Assembly (NCBI RefSeq): GCF_006345805.1
Contig: NC_043001.1
Coordinates: forward strand, 44,640,001 to 44,704,000
Direction: 5' to 3'
Origin: Octopus sinensis
Lineage: Eukaryota
DNA: 64,000 nucleotides
Below are positions 1 to 63,080 of the stretch, in pieces; position 1 is the stretch's first letter; each line of letters starts with the position of its first letter. The position numbers and the translations under genes were made by a program. The notes below the pieces were generated by a model, which saw only the letters and a program-made list of their open reading frames with translations, did not search any database and was not told the DNA's origin.

Positions 1-406
1 TCTTTGATCATATGAATGCTAGATTGTTTGACATCGGACAACACAACAGCCACTGGTATAGACAAAAAATGCTCAGACTTCTCCGCTGCACTCTGTACAA
101 ATGACCATTGCATGACTGTACACAATGTTCTCCTCGCATCGGTGAAGGAATAACAAATCTGTTGTTTACACCTTGTAATTTAAACGACTGACAATACAAG
201 GGAGTCTCTACATGGTTGCTAGACTTGCTAGAAATAGCAACTAAATTTCCCCCAATATCCTACCACTATAAAAAAAAAAGGACATGATAATGTAGACTTA
301 ACCCTAAAAACTACAAGATGACCATGGTTTGAATATTCTTACTCACAGCTCTACTTAATCAGGAATAAATTGGGGGTTATACAACTACAACAACAACAGT
401 CTACAC

Positions 407-725
407 CAATGGTCCTCAACCGGTGTCCATATAAGATTTTGTGGGGTGGGGTCCACGTAACAAAATAGTGAATTGGAGATCAACAATAGTATTTTAAGGG
501 CCCCTGAAAAATTTTACTTAAGAGTTATGTATTCGTGTGTATTGCAAGAAGTAACTAGGTTCCTTTCTCTAACATTTTACATAGTTCAACCTACACAAGT
601 TAATGTGTGAAAAAAAGGAGTTTCTATAAAACTTGTTTATAAACATCAAATGGCTATAGGGTCCACCAGAATAAAATAGTAATCAAAGGGATCCATAGAT
701 AAAAAAAAATGGTTGAGAACCCCTA
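407..725. mobile_element. hAT (Charlie-like) MITE
   Basis: Degenerate 15-bp TIRs (caatggtcctcaacc / ggttgagaaccccta); 8-bp flanks gtctacac / ctctacat. Confidence 0.6.
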
Positions 726-1051
726 CTCTACATGGTTGCTAGGCCTACTAGAAATAGCAACCAAATCTCCCCCGATATCCAACCATCATAAAAGAAGGAC
801 TTGATAATATAGTCTTACATACCTAGATACCCCTAAAAACTACAGGATGATCATGGCTTGAATGTTCTTACACATAGGTCCGCTCAACTTGTGGGTTTTA
901 CTACTACAACAATAACAATCTACATAATAACGAGTCATTGGATCAGGATGGACATGAGGTATACAATGACAATTGCAACAATAATGCACATCTGCTTTTA
1001 GAAATCAGTGTACAGGTATATATATCTATATGTATGTATTCATGTATTTGC

Positions 1052-1054
<3 letters not shown>

Positions 1055-1143
<89 letters not shown>

Positions 1144-1161
1144 GTGTGTGTGTGTGTGTGT
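1055..1161. repeat. (TA)n(TGTA)n(TG)n compound microsatellite
   Basis: Direct reading; dozens of similar tracts occur in the window. Confidence 0.95.
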
Positions 1162-1471
1162 GGAAGCGCAATGGCCCAGTGGTTAGGGCAGTGGACTCAC
1201 GGTTGTAGGATCGCGGTTTCGATTCCCAGACCGGGCGTTGTGAGTGTTTATTGAGCGAAAACACCTAAAGCTCCACAAGGCTCCGGCAGGGGATGGTGGC
1301 GATCCCTGCTGTACTCTTTCGCCACAACTTTCTCTCACTCTTTCTTCTGTTGGCCTGCTCGCTTAGCCAGCGGGGTGGCGCCACTTGAAGGCTAAAACAA
1401 TACAAAGCACATTGTGACCAGCGATGTGTAGCAACATCTGATAGCCTGGTCGGTCATGGTGATCACGGTGA
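1162..1471 (+). mobile_element. tRNA-derived SINE, family A; related copies at 48962-49255 and 54429-54677
   Basis: A box tggcccagtgg and B box ggtttcgattc, followed by a body shared among the copies. Confidence 0.8.
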
Positions 1472-1833
1472 TATGTCTATGTATGTATATATATATTTAT
1501 ATATATATGTGCCTATGTATATATATATCAGTAACTATTTGGACCTTGGGTATATGTAGAGTAATATGCTGAGGAAAGCAGTTTCACTGTTTAGGCTACC
1601 TGGTGTCATCCACAGTTTTAGATCATAGCCAACAACATGCCAAGCAAAAGTGATTATATTTAGTGAAGTATCTTATTTAAAATATGACACCCAATGGATG
1701 CTACACAATCAGCTGTAGAGATTCCCACCCGCAAGGGACAGATGCAAGATGGGTCAAAACAATCATTGTGTTGAATAAAGATTCTTGCAAACTCCATTTA
1801 TCATTTCCCTTATTCATTACATATATATGTATG

Positions 1834-1883
<50 letters not shown>

Positions 1884-2099
1884 AAACACTTAATCTATTT
1901 TTAAGAATCAAGTTTTAACTTAATCCTCTCAGGAATCTTACAGAAAGATGATAAGGGTGGAGTAGGTTGATAAGGAGTAGACTTAACTAAACATCACTTC
2001 CAGCCCCATAGCAGTACCATCAGCACTACTCACTTAACTTTCCCAGCCCATGGAGGAGGAGGAAGGGTAAGTCTGGAAGAGGAAAGATGATGCAGTGAG

Positions 2100-2567
2100 T
2101 ACCCCCCCCCCCCGCGCTTGTGATAATGCGGGAGTGGGGAGAGGCAGATGGATGCTATGGTTACAGGGTGGTGGAGGTTACGCAACACTGTCTACCATCT
2201 CTACTCCCCCCCACTACTCAGGGGCAAAGAGGTAATGATAGTAGAGGTTTGGGAGATAGTGGTAGTGTGGGTAGGGTGATAGGTGAACTAAGTCATAGAG
2301 GAGGGCTACCTCTTTACTACTACTACAATATTGCTATGGGTTCCCCCTCCTGTCCTATCATATTTACTGCCCCTCCCTGGCTTCTCTCAGTTACTCCTCC
2401 ATCATCTTCCCCTCAGTTCTCCATCGTCAATCATTCTGTCTGAGTATAAAGTTACTCAGCTGTTTCTCTCTCTTTCTCTTTCTTTCTATCACTTTACTCT
2501 CTCGGGTTCTCTTGCTTTGTCATTAGAGAGAAATTAGAACACACACCACACACACACAAAAACTCAG
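2100..2567 (+). promoter_or_regulatory. Candidate promoter and non-coding 5' UTR exon of the receptor gene
   Basis: Coding exon 1 starts at a splice acceptor (11445), so an upstream exon is required. This unique, more GC-rich segment (C-run, CpGs, CT-rich tract) ends in CAG|GTATAT at 2568. Inference only. Confidence 0.3.
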
Positions 2568-3070
2568 GTATATGTATACTTAAATAGTCACATACAATAT
2601 ATACATATTTGTGTGTATGTGTGTGTATGGTTGTGTGTACTAGAATATAGGGAGGGCGATACATAGTATATAGGCATAATGAGTGTATACACCTGTGTAA
2701 TAAATACATATATAGAATTATAGTACAAGCCGTACACACACATGCACACACACACACACACACACATAATCTTGTGCATTTAAGGCATATGTAGATATGT
2801 ATTAACATACATACATGTATACAATTTATAACTGTATATACACCCACACATCTCCCTTCCTCCCTACTGTAGTTTTAATAATCTTTGTTACTTCAGCTGT
2901 GATGCCTTGTCAACATTACAAGCATGCACCACCACCATTCATCTATCATCCATCATCGGCACCTCCACTAAGGAGACACACCTACCAACCAATTAATGAT
3001 ACCTCACAAACCCTTTGACAATCAAGAACTCACCTTTTGTCCAAACATGCACACATATACACAGACCTAG

Positions 3071-3116
<46 letters not shown>

Positions 3117-3132
3117 CATATATATATATATT

Positions 3133-3165
<33 letters not shown>

Positions 3166-3166
3166 T

Positions 3167-3567
3167 TTTTTTACTTGTTTCAGTCATTTGACTGCGGCCA
3201 TGCTGGAGCACCGCCTTTAGTCAAGCAAATCGACCCCGGGACTTATTCTTTGTAAGCCCAGTACTTATTCTATCGGTCTCTTTTTGCTGAACCGCTAAGT
3301 GACGGGGACATAAACACACCAGTATCGGTTGTCAAGCAATGCTTAGGGGGACAAACACAGACACACAAACACATACACACACATATATATATATAGATAT
3401 ATACGATAGGCTTCTTTCAGTTTCTGTCTACCAAATCCACTCACAAGGCATTGGTCGGCTCGGGGCAATAGCAGAAGACACTTGCCCTAGATGCCATGCA
3501 GTGGGACTGAACCCGGAACCATGTGATTGGTTAGCAAGCTACTTACCACACAGCCACTCCTGCGCCT
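3167..3567 (-). mobile_element. About 400-bp SINE, family B, with internal TA/TG microsatellite
   Basis: Reverse complement of 19711-20106; more copies at about 9530, 10700, 27455, 46040 and 59680. Confidence 0.8.
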
Positions 3568-5577
3568 ATATATTAGCAAAAATATATATTTTAGCAAAAT
3601 CTTTCCAAATTCAGTCATCCCCATCCAACACTACCACCACTATTTCCATCAATGTCTTAGAGGTAAGAAAGCTATTATTATATAAACCATCTCTTCTCAA
3701 CACTTTGGGCAATAGTGCTATTAGTGGTAGTGATGATGGTTTGTGTTTGAGGTGCACACATTTATGAATGTTAGTGTGTATGTATATCTTTATATCATTA
3801 CCATGGTTGTTGCTTTAGTGTCCACTTCGCCATATTTACATGGATCAGGGTCAGATAGAATTAGCTGAGGCAGATTTTCTTCCTGTTGCCAACTTTCATT
3901 TGTTGCTTGGAAGCAAGGTAATATTTCCCCATAGCTGGACATGTTTTCAATGAAGATTGGAAGCAAAGAATACTGTTTCTCTGATGGTGACATTTATTTA
4001 TCATTTCATTGCATGTGAAGACAATGCAAGATAAACACACACACACACACATATGATGGACTTCTTCAGTTTCCTTCTACCAAATCCAGTCGCAAGACTT
4101 TGATCATCTCAAATAGATATGTACTTATAATATATTATTATTGAGTGAGAAAGCAGTGCATGCCAACAAAGTGACACTGGGGTAAAATATACAAAGCCAA
4201 ATATACCCATCATGACTACCTGGTAAAGGTACACCAGGCGCTTGCATCACAGCCATATGTGCACGACATGGTGATTTCATATCGAGATAAACAGTGCATG
4301 ACCTTGCAGGTGGGGCTCAGAGTTTTCTTCCGGTCAAGTATTCCATCCTGCTCAAAAGGTCCCTGAATTAGAGTTGTTTAAGGATGTTGAATGAAACACC
4401 CATGTTTCCAGAGGTGAATTATTCAAACCTCAAAGAATTCCTCTCAACACGTGGCTATGATGCTGCCTCACTACTTCTGCTCGTGATCAGAGATGCACAC
4501 GTCACCAGCCACTAAGGGACATGCTCAACAGGTTACAGTCAAACAACTGACAAGCAAATCTGTGATATTGAGCAGAATATGTGCTGTAGCCCTTCTTTTA
4601 TACCAAAACAAAATATGTGCATGATAACACTTTGGTCAAACAACTGACAAGCAAATATGTGGTAGTGAACAGAATATTTACTGTAGCCCATCTTTTATAC
4701 CAAGACAAAACATGTACATGATAACACTTCTAATCAGTTAAGAATAGAAGCTATGAGAGCCAGTGATTACTGTTATTGTTATTATTATCCTTATTATTAT
4801 TAAGGCAGTGAGCTGGCAGAATCATTAGCATGCCGGGTGAAATGCTCTGAGTTCAAATGCTGTCGGGGTTGACTTGATAAAATAAATACCAGTTGAGTAG
4901 TGGGGTCAATATAATTGACTGTCCCTCTCTCCCAAATTTCAGGCCTTGTGCCTATAATAGAAAAGTTTATTATTATTATTATTATTATTATTATCAGGTG
5001 GCGAGCTGGCAGAATTGTTAGCAGACTGGGCAGTCCATCTTTATGTTCTGAACTCAAATTCTGCCAAGATTGACTTTACCTTTCATCCTTTCAGGGTCAA
5101 TAAAAAAAAGTACCAGTTGAATACTGGAGCTGATATAATTGACTTAGCCCCTACCCTGACATTGCTGGCCTTGTGCTAAAATTTGAAACCATTATTATTA
5201 TTATTATCATCATCATTATTATTGATTTGACTCAAGTTCTATCTTATTCCCAGTAGGATTTATGTGCATACCAAGTTGCTACCTGTAACCTTAAGCTTCC
5301 ACTAGCTTTCAATAGTCTTTCAAGTGCTTAGTATGCTCCTGATAATATTTCCTGTCCCTAAGAGGCAAACTTTCTGTAGAAGCTCTACAGGACATTCTAT
5401 TCCAATCTCCTTCAACTATTTGTCTATATCTTTGCTTACAGTTCCCAATACATCAATTATTACAGGGCACAATCTTTACAGTTTCATACTCCAAATTCTT
5501 GCAATTTCAAATTTTAAAGGATTGTACTTTTTGGTTTTTCATCTTCTTTCTTTATGATCCTGGGATTATGATTATTA

Positions 5578-5620
<43 letters not shown>

Positions 5621-5829
5621 GTTTTTTTCTTCTTTCTCCAAATTTTCTTCTGTTTCTCACCGAGTGTTTTCCATACACCTAGGGCAGAGAAGCTCATTGT
5701 ATGCATTCCCAGATTACACGCGCAAATTCACAGACAAAATATGTATTTAAAAATTAATAAATAAATAAATTCATGGATGGATGTTGTTTTCACAGCAATA
5801 AATTCATAGATGGATGTTGTTTATTATTA

Positions 5830-6389
5830 TTATTGAGTGAGAGAGCAGTTCATGCCATCAAAGTGATACTGGGGTAAAATATACGAAGCCCAATATACCC
5901 ATCATGACTACCCGTCTGATAAGGGGACACCAGGCACATGCATCACAACCATATGTGCGCAACATGGTGATCTCATATAAAAAAAAAAAACAGCACATGA
6001 CCTTGCAGGTGGGGCCCAGTTAGAATTTTCTTCAGGTTGAGTAGCCCATCCTGCTCAAAAGGTCCCTGAATAAGGGTTGTTTAAGGATGTTGAAAGAACC
6101 ACCCATGTTTCCAGAGGTGAATTATTCAAACCCCAAGAATCCCTCTCAACACATGGCTATGATGCTCCCCCACTACTTCTGCTCGTGATCAGAGATGCAC
6201 ATATTGTCAGCCACTAAGGGACATGCTCAACTGGTTACGGTCAAACAACTGACAAGCAAATCTGTGGTATTGAGCAGAATATTTGCTGTAGCCCATCTTT
6301 TATACCAAGACAAAACAATGTACATGATAACACTTCCAATCAGTTAAGATCAGAAGCCATGAGAGCCACTGCCTGGTACTGCATCAGGG

Positions 6390-6392
<3 letters not shown>
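5830..6392. repeat. About 560-bp dispersed element flanked by (TAT)n; second copy at 4135-4790
   Basis: Two similar copies 1.7 kb apart. The first has a 97-bp internal tandem duplication (4538-4634, 4635-about 4733). Confidence 0.75.
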
Positions 6393-6437
<45 letters not shown>

Positions 6438-6558
6438 TTTTTTTTTTCTTCTTTCAAATTTGCTTCCATTTCTTGCCGAGTGTCTTCCCGACTCCTAGGG
6501 CAAAGAAACTCATAGTATACATTGGTAGGCCATTAAACCAAACTCAATAGTTCGTTCA

Positions 6559-6644
<86 letters not shown>

Positions 6645-7180
6645 GCTTAGTGGTTAAGGTGTTGCACTCGTGATCACCAGATTGGGGTTTCAATTCCTAG
6701 ACCAGGTGGTGCATTGTGTTCTTAAGTAAAACACTTCATCTCATGTTGCTCTGTGACACTCCGACACCTGACGCATGGTACACTGTACACCTGTTCAGAC
6801 AATGTTGATTTGATGGAGAGAGTGAGCTCATGTGCAGTACACACATTTGGTTTGATCACGATAAACAAATCATTTGTGAAGGTCATTCAGCAGTAGCTGA
6901 ATACTCATACAGCATCTTCAACGGGAGAGTTGATGATGATGATGATCATCATCATCATTATTTTATAAGGTGGCAAATTGGCAGAATTGTTATCATTCTA
7001 GGTGAAGTGCTTAGCAGCATTTCGTCCATCTTCGTGTTCAAATCAGAGTTCAAATCCACCGAGGTCAACTTTGACTTTCATCCTTTCAGGGTTGATAAAA
7101 TAAGTACCAGTTGAACACTGGAGTCAATATAAGACTTATCCCCTCCCTGAAATTGCTGGCCTTGTGCCAAAATTTGAAAC

Positions 7181-7214
<34 letters not shown>

Positions 7215-8747
7215 AATAATTTGTTGATGACTTCACTCCATTGTTCTCAACCCTGGGCTGTTTTTTTCTGTTCTTTTCCAGTTAGATCCCTACTTTTTAA
7301 CCTCTGCCTCAATGCTATTATATGTTTGTGTCCCTAGGAGAAGGGCTCCATCTCCCAGATCTCATTGGTTTTGAATTGTCATCAATGCTTCTGTAACTTG
7401 ACTTTTATCTATGTAGGGTCATTGGTTTATGCAAACCCGTTTTACTTTTGGGTACAAGTGATCCATATTAGTCTAGCCTCTAACCTTTGACCTGTCCAGC
7501 ATGGGAGGCCCTACTAAGAGCTTTCACTCTACTGGCATTGCTCTCAGGGTCACTGAGGCACATAAGCTGTCATCCTGCAACAAGAACTACTCTTTGTTGT
7601 GTTTATGAAAAAAAAGGAGTAAAGACCCCTTCTGATCATGAATGACCATGGGATTGCTCCTAGAATTTTACCCTCCTAGGTACAAATCTGGGCAAGGTTG
7701 TTTATGGAAGACCATCAGTCACCCATGCATACCAGCCTCCCCTCTCCATACCAGCTTTGTTGTCCAAGGGAAAAGCAAAGGCCGATACAGCTTGGCACCA
7801 GTGACATCACAACTCATTTCTACAGCTGAGTGAACTGGAGCAACATGAAATAAAGTGTCTTGCTCAAGAACACAACTCACAACCCAGTTCAGTAATCAAA
7901 CGTACTACTTCATGATTGTGAGCCCGACACTCTAACCACTGAGCCATGTGCCTTGTTGTGGATATATAATATATACATGCTTATAAATTCTACTATTTGA
8001 TGTCTGCACCACATTAAGTGCATATGTTAGATTTTCTTTCTTTTTCTTTTTATTTGTTCTTTGTATTTATGGCCCTCTCACTCTGCATGCATTTTGTTTT
8101 TGCCTTTTTTTTAAACATGTAACAAAACCAAACAAAAAGACCAACAGCACCAGCAACAACATCTGTTTAAACAGAAGCTGCAATAAGAATGTATGAATTG
8201 CAGTGTCTGTGTGTGTGTGTGTGTGTGTGTATTGATACAAAGTTAGAATCTGATGAATGTAATGCATCTTATTGCTGGTCATTGAGTACAGAAAGAACAT
8301 GTGTAGCACTACCACAGTAGCAGCAGCTACTGCTGCTACTACTACTACTACTACTACTTCTGCCTCTGCCACCACCACCACCACCACTACTACTACTACT
8401 CAGTGATAAACAAAAAGTGATGATGTTTACGATAGCTAGTTCCAATCATAGAAATACCAACTGTGACAGTGCCTCATCACTCCCATCAGCATCGTCATCA
8501 ATTTCTAATATCAATATCATGATCAACACAACTATTACACTACGATCACCACCTCCACCACCACTCCTATCAGCAAAGAATCCTCGGCATGGTCACTTGA
8601 CCTGCTAAGATTAGCAGCCAAATCACCCTCAAAACCACATTCTTCTATCTTAAATAAAGAAGGACATTGGCCAATGTAGTCTCTTGATGTAAAAAAAAAA
8701 ATGACAGGGTGGCTATTGCTAGAATGCCTTTGGTCCATAAGTTCACT

Positions 8748-8819
8748 CAGTCATTATTTTTGCCTTCATATCAGTCATTATTTTTGCCTTCATATCAGTC
8801 ATTATTTTTGCCTTCATAA
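8748..8819. repeat. 24-bp minisatellite, 3 copies (cagtcattatttttgccttcatat)
   Basis: Direct reading. Confidence 0.9.
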
Positions 8820-11469
8820 CCATTGCCATTACCATCAACAACCATCGTTAATTTCATCATCATTCTCTTTATTATCATTGCCTTCGCCATTGTTATTGTC
8901 ATCATCATCAGCACAACTACTATCTCCGTTATCACTATCATCATCATCATCACCACCACCACCACCACCACCATCATCATCACCACCACCACTACCATCA
9001 TCATCCGCAATACATAATTTCCTGTTTTGGATGTTCTAGAAACAGAGCAGCTGATTTTGTATCTGTTGTTATTGTTGTTGTCTTCCTTTTGATATATAAA
9101 GAAACCATTTTTCTGCAATGTGTTCTGTCCTTGTTTCTTTGTATGTACGTATATGTGTAGATGCCTTCTATTTGGTTTTATGAATATGTATGTGTTAAAA
9201 GCTTGTACTTCTATGTGTGCGGAATGTGTATGTGTTGCGGGTTTGTATTTCCTCTCCTCCTCCTCCTCCTCTGTTCAAGATGTAGATAAACTGTAGCTTC
9301 CCTGAAAAATGATTGTATTCTTAAAATATCAGTCAGTGCTGACCCAGCAAACCTATGATCAAAAGTATACCAGAAGTGACCATCAAGTCTTTTTTTGTGT
9401 GTGTGTGTATCAAGAATCACATTGAGTGTGTTTTTATCTTTTGTGTATAAAAAAATACATTGTGCTTTTATTTTTTTTATTCTTTTACTTGTTTCTGTCA
9501 TTTACCCATAAAGATTTTTTTTCTTAGTCAAAGAAATCAACTCCAGGACTTATTCTTTGTAAGCCTAGTACTTATTCTGTTGGTCTCTTTTGCCGAGCTG
9601 CTAAGTTATTGATTAGGGTTAGGATTAACATCAGTTGTCAAGCAATAGTGGGGGACAAACTCAGGCACAAAGACACACACACACACACACACATATATGT
9701 ATGTATGTGTATGACTGGCTCTTTCAGTTTCCATCTACCAAATCCACTCACAAGGCTTTGGTCAGCCTGAGGCTGTAGAAGACACTTACCCAAGGTGTCA
9801 TGCAGTGGGACTGAATCCAGAACCATTGGAAGCTGAAAACTTTACAGAACATTAGTACAGGTTTCTTGTTCCAATCTGCAGATGATTGACAAGATAGGAT
9901 TTTCATATCATGGTTGAATAAACATGGTCTGATGAAATATTTTTGTAACATGAAACAATTTGTAACTACAGGGTGATCACTAATTCATTTTACATTTCCT
10001 CTATATACATCATTCTACATTTTAGCATCAATTACTATATGTTTTGATATTGTTTTTCAAACCTTTTATACGTTTAGCAATTAACACAAAAAAAAAACCG
10101 AAGACAACATGTGAAGATCAAGCTTTAACAAAGTTGAATGCTTAAAAGGAAGAGAAAAAGCCTTGACGTTTCAGATGCTAGTCCTTCATCAGGAAAAAAT
10201 CAAAAATTAAGAAAAGGTGGTAGGAGGGAAAAAAGGAGAAAGGGGTTAAAAACCAAATGGTATGTGGTTCTATGGGGTGGAGTTTGGAAGGGAGGATGAG
10301 GTAGGGTGGTGTGCATGTGTAGGAGGATATCTGTATAGGGAGAGACATAGAGAGAGGTATGGGTGTGTGAGGTGCTGTGGGTTACATGTAGTTCCTTGGA
10401 GTGTGTAGAGATGTATAGATTCAGGAGAGTAGAGGCATCTGATTTCTGCCATGCTAGCTTGGGTTAGACTAATATGTCATTGAGGTATTGTTTTACAGTT
10501 GGACACCCCTCCTGATGTTAACCTTTAACTGTTTTTTTTTTCAAGTAAAGAATCTTTTATTGCATACTTCTCCAAAGGTGTGAAGCTAGTAGACAATTTA
10601 GTAACAGGGGATCTGCCGACAGTAATACTGCTTGAAGATAAACACTCATGTATGCAAACACACACACACACACGCACACATGCACACACACACATGTACA
10701 AGCATACACTTCTTTTTCAGTTTCTGTCCATCAAATCTACTCAAAGCTTTGATTGACCCAATGCTGCTATGGACAAATTTTACCCAAGATGCTGCACAGT
10801 GGAGCTAAAACCAGAAAGCATGTGACTGGAAAACAAAATTATTTTCATGCTTTTACTTGTTTCAGCTACTGGACTGCAGCCATGCTGGAGCAATACTTTG
10901 ACTGGTTTATGTAATCAAATCACTCCTTGTACTTATTTTTGAAGTCTGGTGCATATTTTTGTTCAACAGTTACACTGTGGAGATGCAAACAAACTAACAC
11001 CAGTTGCCAAATAGTGAGATAGAAACTCATACACATGCATACACAAACACTATGAGCTTCTGCTCAGTCTCTGTCTGTGTAATTAACTCACAAGGCTTTA
11101 ATTGGCCTATAGTTGCAATAGGCAACACTTATCCAAGGTGCTGCACAGTGAGAATAAACCTGAAACCATATGATTGCAAACTCCTCAACCATACAACTAT
11201 GCCTGTGAGTGTGTGTGTGTGTACATATACACATATGCAACAAAACATATCTGTATTTAGATATGTCATAGATATGGAACAAATACTCTAGTTTCACTTT
11301 CTCTTTCCACCTCACCTCCATGTATGTTTGTTTATTTAATGTATGCATGCTGGTATTAATGATAATGACAATGATCACGCATTTAGTGATGAATAATATC
11401 AGTATATACTTTACTTATATGGTGCTTTTTTTTTTCTCTTTTCAGACTGAACTTTAACATTATTTGAAA

Positions 11470-61308
<49,839 letters not shown>

Positions 61309-61313
<5 letters not shown>

Positions 61314-61360
61314 ATATTGCAAAACAAAAAAAAAAATAACTAAATAAATCGAAAATTAAA
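61309..61360 (+). promoter_or_regulatory. Candidate proximal polyadenylation signals
   Basis: AATAAA at 61309-61314 (overlaps the stop), AATAAA at 61343-61348, ATTAAA at 61355-61360. The region is A-rich, so these may be chance matches. Confidence 0.25.
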
Positions 61361-62156
61361 AATAAGTGGAAAAAGTGGAAAAATAACAATAGAAACAATA
61401 CAACACCTCAGTGTGTTGTAGAGGGTTGAAGTGGAGGGTGGTGGAATTGGTGGTGAAGGAAAAGAGGAAGATGGTGGTGGTAGAGGTGGTGGTGAGGAGG
61501 TCAAACAATAGAATATATAATTATTTTCTCATTGATGGATAGACACCATCCCCAGCACACATACCCCACCCTTTGTGTTTCCTCCTCTCTCTTACTTTCT
61601 TTTTCATTCTCTATTTCCCTCTTTCTTTCTCTCCTTCCTTTACCAGCTACCAACCCTGCCCACACCCACTTCTCTCCAGATAATGAATTTGACAAATATA
61701 ATATTTCTAGTCTTCTAAAATAATTTTGGGGGTTATAGCAGCCATCTATTTTTTATAGAGAAAAACATAAACCATCTGACAACTGAGAGATTTTGTGTTC
61801 AATTTTTGCTAGCTCTCATTCAGTTTCCATGCTGCCAGAACCATGTAGTAAAAGATATAAATAGTCAGATTGGAAGGGGGGACTCAAATGTTTCTGATTG
61901 TACGACTATACTGGCACTGGATGAGACCCAACCAAGTTTAAATTACAAGGCTTCATGAGTCAGACTCCAATGGCCTCTTTAAAATAGTTATAACCATCTC
62001 AAAGCTTTGTTTTAGAACAAAACTGCAAATACTTTCTTGTATAGAATTAATAAATTCATATGTTCCATGGAGTGTTATGTAATATATATATTATATAAAT
62101 TTTTATGCTCACACGCATGCACTCACACATATTATAAATATATATATGATATATAC

Positions 62157-62196
<40 letters not shown>

Positions 62197-63041
62197 TATA
62201 TACATATGCTTATACATATCAATTTATGTATGTATATATATATTTATCTATGTGTATGTGTGTGTATATATTCATATATTCATTTTGATTTCTTTTTATT
62301 TGTTTATAGTTACCTTTAATTATCTTCCAAACGTTCTAGTTTCTTCCTTTTGTCTAAAGATTAGAAACAAGAAACATGATGCAATGATTTGAGAAATTTT
62401 CAGTTTCCAGTACACACATGCATATATATATATTATGTAAGATAATCTTTTTAAATGTTGCTCTGATATAATTTGGGGGTTGTTTCAAGCTAGAAATATT
62501 TGAAATATAATTTCATTAAGAATTTTAAAATTCATCTTATATGATGCATTATGTAATTTTCTTCATCATTATTTTTTTTTTTTTCATTTGCAACAAGCTT
62601 ACCTACCTATACACACAGACAACTACTTGCCCATCTTATACAATTTCCTTTGTAATCTCCTCTTATACACCATTGTTACATATCCCACTTCCAGCTGACT
62701 ACCAACATTCATCTGCTTGCATGTTTTGCTACTCAGCCAGCCTCACACCCATTTAATCTCACATTCATTTCCAATATAATTACCCATGCATCCAACACAG
62801 CTTTTCAATTGTTCATCCATCTCACACAGTTACATTATCAACTGTCTGCCTACACATACCTTCATGGATCTTTGCTCACTTTTTCCTTTTTTTTTTTTTT
62901 TTCCATATTTACCTACCCAGATACCTCTCCCCCCCCCCCCAGCCTATATAGCTATTCACTTTTGTTGCCATAAATAATTATTTTAATTAAAAAGTAAAGA
63001 AATTCTTATTATTTATATTATAATCTTATTATTTATATTAT

Positions 63042-63080
<39 letters not shown>

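Noticed and set aside
1162-1235. tRNA genes at the SINE heads (also 24956, 48962, 54429)
   Set aside because: A and B boxes are present, but there is no proper cloverleaf or acceptor stem, and each continues into a SINE body.
938-1264. ORFs with YIYIYI, CVCV, LSLSLS, poly-I/L/D or poly-H runs here and throughout the track
   Set aside because: They are translations of microsatellites and SINEs, with no splice or domain support.
8748-8819. CRISPR-like array
   Set aside because: The repeats are directly tandem with no spacers, in a eukaryotic context.
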